In this document: positions 58,559 to 64,000 of the stretch, in pieces
Position numbering within the stretch: position 1 is the first letter of the stretch
How the letters are laid out: each line of letters opens with the position of its first letter
From: Caecitellus pseudoparvulus
Lineage: Eukaryota > Protista > Bigyra: Bicosoecida
DNA: 64,000 nt
NCBI GenBank assembly: GCA_965644315.1
Contig: CBFFRQ010000016.1
Span: forward strand, 1 to 64,000
Direction of reading: 5' to 3'
Translations under genes and position numbers: made by a program
The notes under the pieces: generated by a model
What the model was told of the DNA's origin: nothing
The model's database searches: none
What the model saw: the letters and a program-made list of their open reading frames with translations, nothing else

Positions 58559-61353
58559 TCATTTTTCCGGGTTCAGCTGCCTCCAAAACACGACAGCTCC
58601 AGAGGCATCTGCACTGACGAAAACATCTTCTCCTCGTGACCAGGAACACGCAGTGACGTCGGCAGCGTGAGCCAAGAGGTTGGCCACGTACGTGCGGGTG
58701 ATTGTCTTCGCGTGGGGATCCAGCACGACACACTCCCCACTGGCTGTGCCCAGCCCCAGCACGTCATGGCCACTGCAAGGCTGCACGCAGGTGAAAACGG
58801 CATCGTCTCCACGGGGGCGCTTGTCTGCGAAGCGGCTTGCCACGTATGCGTACTGCGGGCCTGAGCTGGTGCCGGCGGAGGGTAGGGGCGGCAGGGCTCC
58901 TGCTCTGCTGCTGCCCTTGGCGCCCTTGCCAATGCGGGCATCTGCGTGAGCAGCTGCGCCCTGGAAGGTCTGGGTGGCCTTCTTGGCACCAGCGTGGCGC
59001 TTGGGCGCGTCGCCACCCCCCGTCAGCGCACGCTGCACTACGTGTGGCGGTGTGCCGCCCACCTGCAGTGCCAGCAAGGCCCCCTCATCACTGCACGTGA
59101 TGAGCAAGCCGCAGCGGTACCTGGAGTCGAAGGCTTTGTGGGTGAGGTGTGTCAGGAACGAGCCGTGGAAGGGCAGGGGGCCACCCGCCCGCCCCCTCCG
59201 CCGGCGGGCAGCCCGTGCAGCGTTCCGGCCCAGCAGGGCCTCTGACCGGGATTTCACCCTCCACAGCTGCCCGATGTCTGCGACACGGCAGGGGCCGGTG
59301 CGCATGGCCCCCGGTGCGTCTGCGGAGAAGAGGGTATGGAGCCCGGAGGCGCCAGCTCCCAGTGCGGAGCCGGCGACGCCAGGGCCATGCGCCACGAGCG
59401 CTGGCACACTGGCGATGACACGGGGTGGGGAAAGGGGGTGCTGCTGCTGCTGGCGCAGGTCCAGTGGGACGTTGCAGCAGTGCAGTCCGCCCGCCAGGTC
59501 AGCGTAGAACAGCTGCATGCCGCTCTGTGCGAAGGCAAGGGTGGTGATGGGCCAGTCCATGCTGAGGCTCTGCACCACCTGCCCAGTGGACACATTCAAC
59601 ACGTGCAGCACGCCCCACACGCGGGTGTCCACTGGCACGTCTGTGTCTGCAGCCACGCCCTCCTGGCTGTCACCCTGCCCCTCCGCCGCATCCTGCCGCC
59701 ACGCTGCCCACAGGGAGGCCAGGCGCCCCCCCCGCGCCGCTGCACCACCCCCTTCGCCAGAGCTGGGTGCCGGGCGGGTCGTCGTCACTCCAGCTGTCAC
59801 GACAAGGTTCGCATTGAGGGGGAAGAAACTCACCGCCGTGAGCAGCTCAGAGCGGTAGATGGAGCGCAGCTGGTGCACGGAGCCGGAGTGGCTGTCCTGA
59901 GCAGTGGGCGGCGTCACCTGCCACAGGCGCAGGCAGCGGTCCAGGCCAGCTGTGACGAGGAAGTCCCCTGACGGAGCCCAGTGGAAGGCGGTGATGGCTG
60001 CCGTGTGCGCTGCCACCGTGGCCCACACACGTGGCGCCACTGGCCCTGACCTGCGCTGGGCGGGGTCCCCGCCCCCCTCGCCGCCAGCTTCAAAGGCGCC
60101 GACCACGTCAAAGGCCGTCCCTGAGGCGCCTTGCTCCTCCTCCTCCTCCTCACTGGGCGCAGGCACGGCATCCCGGGATGAGGGGACACCGGCCAGTGTG
60201 AGCACGCCCGAGGCTGAGGTGTACGCCAAGTGCCCCGCCCCGGCACCCAGCGCCGTGCTGGTGCTCATGCTGGGCGCACCATCGTCCCCCACCCGCACAG
60301 TCACAGGCGCTGTCGTTGAACGCGAGAAGGCGACACAGGTCACCCCAACGTACCTGCGCGCCAGCAGCTGCTCCAGGTCCACACGGGGGGTGGCATCCGC
60401 CACCTCAGACAAGCTGCCCCCACCCGACGCGTTGGCAAAGGCGGCCCCATCGGCTGTGTCACTGGTGCCGACGGCCGAAGCGAAGGCCCCGCCCACACCC
60501 CCCCCTGACTGGGCTGTGGCTGGGCCTGCCAGACTGCTGCTGCCACCACCCACTTGGCTGGCTGAGCGCGAGCGGCCGGAAGGGCCCTGCCCACCGCCCA
60601 GGCGCCCCATGACTGCCCAGTCGTACATGCAGCGCGGCACTGACCAGTGGGCGGCGGCAGCAGCAGAGGCCGCCGCCGCCCCCGCCGTGCCCCCCCCCAC
60701 GCCCACACTGCTCCCACTGTCTGAGTCACTGTCAGAGCCCTGGCCGCCGGCAAAGGCCTCCTGCGCCACCCGCTCCGCAGCCAGAGCGCGCTGCATGGAG
60801 TCTGATGCGATGCGTTGCAGGATGCTGCCCTCCACGCTCAGCTGCAGTGTGCGGAAGCGGTGGTGCAGGAGGGCACGGCGCCACGCCATGTAGCGGGCGC
60901 CGGGGGCGGGGTCCGCCTCCACGGCAGGAGGGGGGGGCAGGCGCAGCTGTGGCAGCTCCTCCAACGTGGTCTGGGTGCAGGGGGGCAGGAGGAAGCGGGC
61001 TGCAGAGGTGGCGGCGCCACTGGCCAGCTGCACCTTGGCAGCCAGCAGGCGGCTGCGGAAGCGGGCATAGGCAGGCAAGGTGTTGCCCGCTGGGTGGTTC
61101 CGGCCGTCCTCGCCGGCAGCTTCAAGCACCTCCCCGCTGCCCTCACTGAAGGCATCGTCCAAGCCCGTGACCTGCATGTCAGCGAGGCAGTGCAGCGGGG
61201 CGTGAAGGCTTCCTGGCTTGCCACGTTGGCGTGTGGGCGGTGCTGCACACGCACGAGCTCAAACTGCCGTCGTTCCAGCAGGGCCTTCACGTCCGCATTA
61301 CTGGAAGGCCTGCTATCTGCGCCTTCCTCCAGCTTTGTCTCGGGGGCAGCCAT
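58559..61353 (-). CDS. WDR13: WD40 protein, WDR13-like (intron near the 5' end)
   Basis: N-terminal YARFRSRLL / YMAWRRALL helices; WD repeats HTAAITAFHW...LDRCLRLW; C-terminal VANLLAHAADVTACSWSRGEDVFVSADASGAVVFWR. Confidence 0.72.
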
Positions 61354-61549
61354 GAAGGCGGTGCGAGGACGGCAGCGGAGCCGACGTGCGGAACTTGAGC
61401 TTCACCGAGCGATCTTCAAGCGCCAAAAGGGGCGCCGTGGCAAAATGTGAGAGCAGAAAGAAGGTGCTCCACGCTCAATTGACGACGCGCGTGTAGTTTT
61501 GGCAGCATTTTTCGACTGCTCCTGCTCGTGCCCACCCCTCGCAGGCTGC

Positions 61550-63070
61550 ATGGCGTGGTGGGCTGGCTTGGCGCTGAAGGCCCGCACGCCGCTGGCAGCT
61601 GCCGCCTTCGCCCTCGGCCGCTGCAGCCGCCAGTGCAGCACGTCACACCTGGCCAGCAGCCGCACATCGGCCACCAAGAAGCTCTGGCAGGCACGTGGTG
61701 CTGGGGATTCTCTGGATGTCCCTGCCGCTGTGGCAGGCGGCTTGCTTGTGCCAGGCAGTGCAGGGCAGCCGTCCCAGGTGCACCCAGATGTGGGGCACTG
61801 CAGCATCAGCATTCCCCTCGCGTCGGATGCGTGGACAAAGGACGCGTACAGCAGCTCAGTGGGCTCCCTGCGCCTGGGCAAGGTGCTGGAGGACATCGAC
61901 GCCCTGGCCGTGAACGCTGCCTTCAAGCACTGCTCGGCAGGTGCATGTGCGGGGGGGGTGGCGGGGGCACGAGAGCCAGTGCACCTGGTGACGGCTTGTG
62001 TGGACCGCATTGACATCAATGGCCCCCTCCCCACAAGCGACCTCGTCTTGGATGCCTTTGTGTCCTGGACAGGCCGCAGCTCAGTGGAAGTGACGGTTCG
62101 CATGTTCCCAGCCTCCGCCGTGCAAGACGGCCCCGGCATGCGCACAGCCGTGACGTGTCCCCCGCTGCTACAGGCAGCAGTGGTCATGGTGCAGCTGGAC
62201 CCGCACACCCGCAAAAGCAAACAGGTGCCCCTGCTCCTGCAGCCTGACGCGCTCGCCGCTAGCATGGCCGAGGCGGGGGAAGCTGCCAGTGCCACTCGGC
62301 AGGCAGAACGCGCCCGTGCCCTGGACAGGGCAGCACCGGCGTCACACGAGCTCCAGCGCGTGCATGATCAAATGTTGAAGGTGAAGGCTGCCCTGGCAGA
62401 AATGGGCGCGGACTCTGTGGCTGCTGTGAAGCACCTGCCAGCTGCTGCAGTTGGCTTTCCGCCGGCGATGCGTTTCGTGCCGGTGGTGTCACAGGCTTCA
62501 ACGCGGCGCAGCACCAGTGTGCTGACGCACCCCCAAGACAGAAACACAGCAGGGGCGGTATTTGGCGGCCTCCTCATGCGCAGGGCGTACGAGTTGGCGC
62601 AGGTGGTGGCCACAGAGGCGTGTTTGGCGGCCAGCGAGAGGTGGCCCGCAGATGCACCTGGCGGCAGCTGCGCCTTGCCCCGACTGGTGGGCGTGGACGA
62701 CATCGCCTTCGTGCGCCCTGTGCCTGTGGGCTGCATCCTGCGCTTGCAAGGCTGCGTGACCAGCACCACAGGTGCCGCGTTGCAGGTGGCAGTGCAGTGC
62801 ACTGTGCAGCGCGCCGACCAGCCGGGGCAACCTGCGCAGCACACGAACTCCTTCCACTTCACCTTCGCCAGCATGTCCCTGGACAGCTGTCGCAGCCCAG
62901 GCACCCAGCCAGCCTTCGCCATGGCTGCAGCAGTGGTGCCAGAGACGTACGATGAGGTGATGCAGAGCATTGACGGGGCGCGCCGGCTGCAGGCCTCTCA
63001 CACCCACGCCACCAGCTCAGGCAGTCTGTACGCCCCTGCATTCCAGGTGGGCATGGAAGATCGGACATGA
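61550..63070 (+). CDS. ACOT9: Acyl-CoA thioesterase 9-like (double hotdog), probably mitochondrial
   Basis: LRLGKVLEDIDALA, VTACVDRI, VSWTGRSSVEV, HPQDRNTAGAVFGGLLMRRAYELA, TNSFHFTF, VVPETYDE; Arg/Ser-rich presequence. Confidence 0.9.
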   Translation: MAWWAGLALKARTPLAAAAFALGRCSRQCSTSHLASSRTSATKKLWQARGAGDSLDVPAAVAGGLLVPGSAGQPSQVHPDVGHCSISIPLASDAWTKDAYSSSVGSLRLGKVLEDIDALAVNAAFKHCSAGACAGGVAGAREPVHLVTACVDRIDINGPLPTSDLVLDAFVSWTGRSSVEVTVRMFPASAVQDGPGMRTAVTCPPLLQAAVVMVQLDPHTRKSKQVPLLLQPDALAASMAEAGEAASATRQAERARALDRAAPASHELQRVHDQMLKVKAALAEMGADSVAAVKHLPAAAVGFPPAMRFVPVVSQASTRRSTSVLTHPQDRNTAGAVFGGLLMRRAYELAQVVATEACLAASERWPADAPGGSCALPRLVGVDDIAFVRPVPVGCILRLQGCVTSTTGAALQVAVQCTVQRADQPGQPAQHTNSFHFTFASMSLDSCRSPGTQPAFAMAAAVVPETYDEVMQSIDGARRLQASHTHATSSGSLYAPAFQVGMEDRT

Positions 63071-63259
63071 TTCCAAAAATTAAAGCACGTCTTCTGACTC
63101 CCAGCACCCGTGCAAGTCGTGGCATGCTGTGCCCTGCGTCACCCACCTGCTGCGAAACCAGGCCAGAGGCCCCTGCCACGCGCCTTCCCCGAGGTCGCGG
63201 GTCAAGCCCCCCCACACCTAGTGTGCAGGAGTGCAAGCAGCGTTGCAGACAGTCGCATC

Positions 63260-63698
63260 ATGTCTGACCTTCCGCCTTCCGATGCCCCCCAGCGTGCGTG
63301 CAGGGGCTGCCTTGCCAGCGCTGGCCTGCCCCAGCCCACCCACAATTCCGCACTCCCCTCTCCCTGCAGGCATTGTGTACAAGTCTGAGGAGGAGCGCCC
63401 CATGAAGGTATCCCAGAGCGTCCTTTCACGGGAGCGCATCAACATCTACAACCGCGATTTCTGCGCGCATTTCTTGGTGCCACTGAACCGGTGTCGCCGC
63501 GCTCAACCTCTGCACCTGTCTCTGCCCTGGTCTTGCCACGAGGAGCTCCACGCCTATGAGCGCTGCCAGCACATTGAGTACGTGGAAACCCGCATAGCAT
63601 GCATGGTTGGCGCTCGCCCGTCACTCCCCTGCCCCCCCCCCTGCTTCCCTCCCAGGAGGCTGAAGGAAGAGCAGCGCAAGCTGGACGGCGAGCGGTGA
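63260..63698 (+). CDS. NDUFB7: Complex I subunit NDUFB7; introns 63294-63369 and 63578-63655
   Basis: PMKVSQ...RDFCAHFLVPLNRCRR...PWSCHEELHAYERCQ (twin CX9C). Confidence 0.9.
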
Positions 63699-63785
63699 CC
63701 AGCTGTTTGTTGTGCGTTGCTGCAGCTGCCGCGGCACTGCGGGCAACCTCCTGATTGCACACATGTCAATGCATGAAAGATGGAT

Positions 63786-64000
63786 TCACCAGCCCAGCGG
63801 GTGCGGCGTGTCAAAGTGCTCCCGCAACTCCTCCCGCAGCGCCAGCCGCTTCACCAGCTCGTAGGCAGACATGATCACAGCGCCGTTGGGGGCCAACATC
63901 CAGAACCGCGCCGCCACACCCTTCATCAAACCCGCTGCGCCTTCCTCAGCCACCAGGGTCCGGGCTGTGGCCAGCACCCCCTGCCCCTTCACCTGCACGC
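63786..64000 (-). CDS. Mitochondrial carrier (SLC25) C-terminal fragment, runs off the window
   Basis: QV...EEGAAGLMKGVAAR...APNGAVIMSAYELVKRL is a typical third-repeat ending. Confidence 0.8.
   Translation of the reverse strand, partial: VQVKGQGVLATARTLVAEEGAAGLMKGVAARFWMLAPNGAVIMSAYELVKRLALREELREHFDTPHPLGW

Overview
This is gene-dense, GC-rich eukaryotic nuclear DNA with short canonical GT-AG introns (mostly about 65-125 nt). It is most likely a stramenopile protist; this is inferred from histone H3 signature residues and overall genome style. The window holds an intronless core-histone quartet (H3<-/->H4, H2A<-/->H2B), three identical tRNA-Ala(AGC) genes and a solitary 5S rRNA gene. It also has about 25 protein genes: ULK4-like, VKORC1-like, PP2C, a PH-domain protein, SF3B5, ALG12, LTN1, CEP164-like, an MpaB-like oxygenase, TRM13, an SLC43-like MFS transporter, NAA38, UBC13, FHIT, ERCC6L, an alpha/beta hydrolase, VTI1, OS9/ERLEC1, WDR13-like, ACOT9, NDUFB7, an SLC25 carrier and several unknowns. 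No mobile element or CRISPR array is evident. Three non-coding signals stand out. (1) All four histone 3'UTRs share a composite RNA element: a GCAG:CUGY-containing hairpin, then an ACCACCCC(C)(A)AC linker, then a histone-type 6-bp/4-nt stem-loop GGUGUU-MCUC-AACACC. (2) An 11-mer CAATTTCCGCA recurs just upstream of many start codons. (3) Several convergent gene pairs have stop codons only 7-10 nt apart. All gene names come from recognising motifs by eye; no database search was run.
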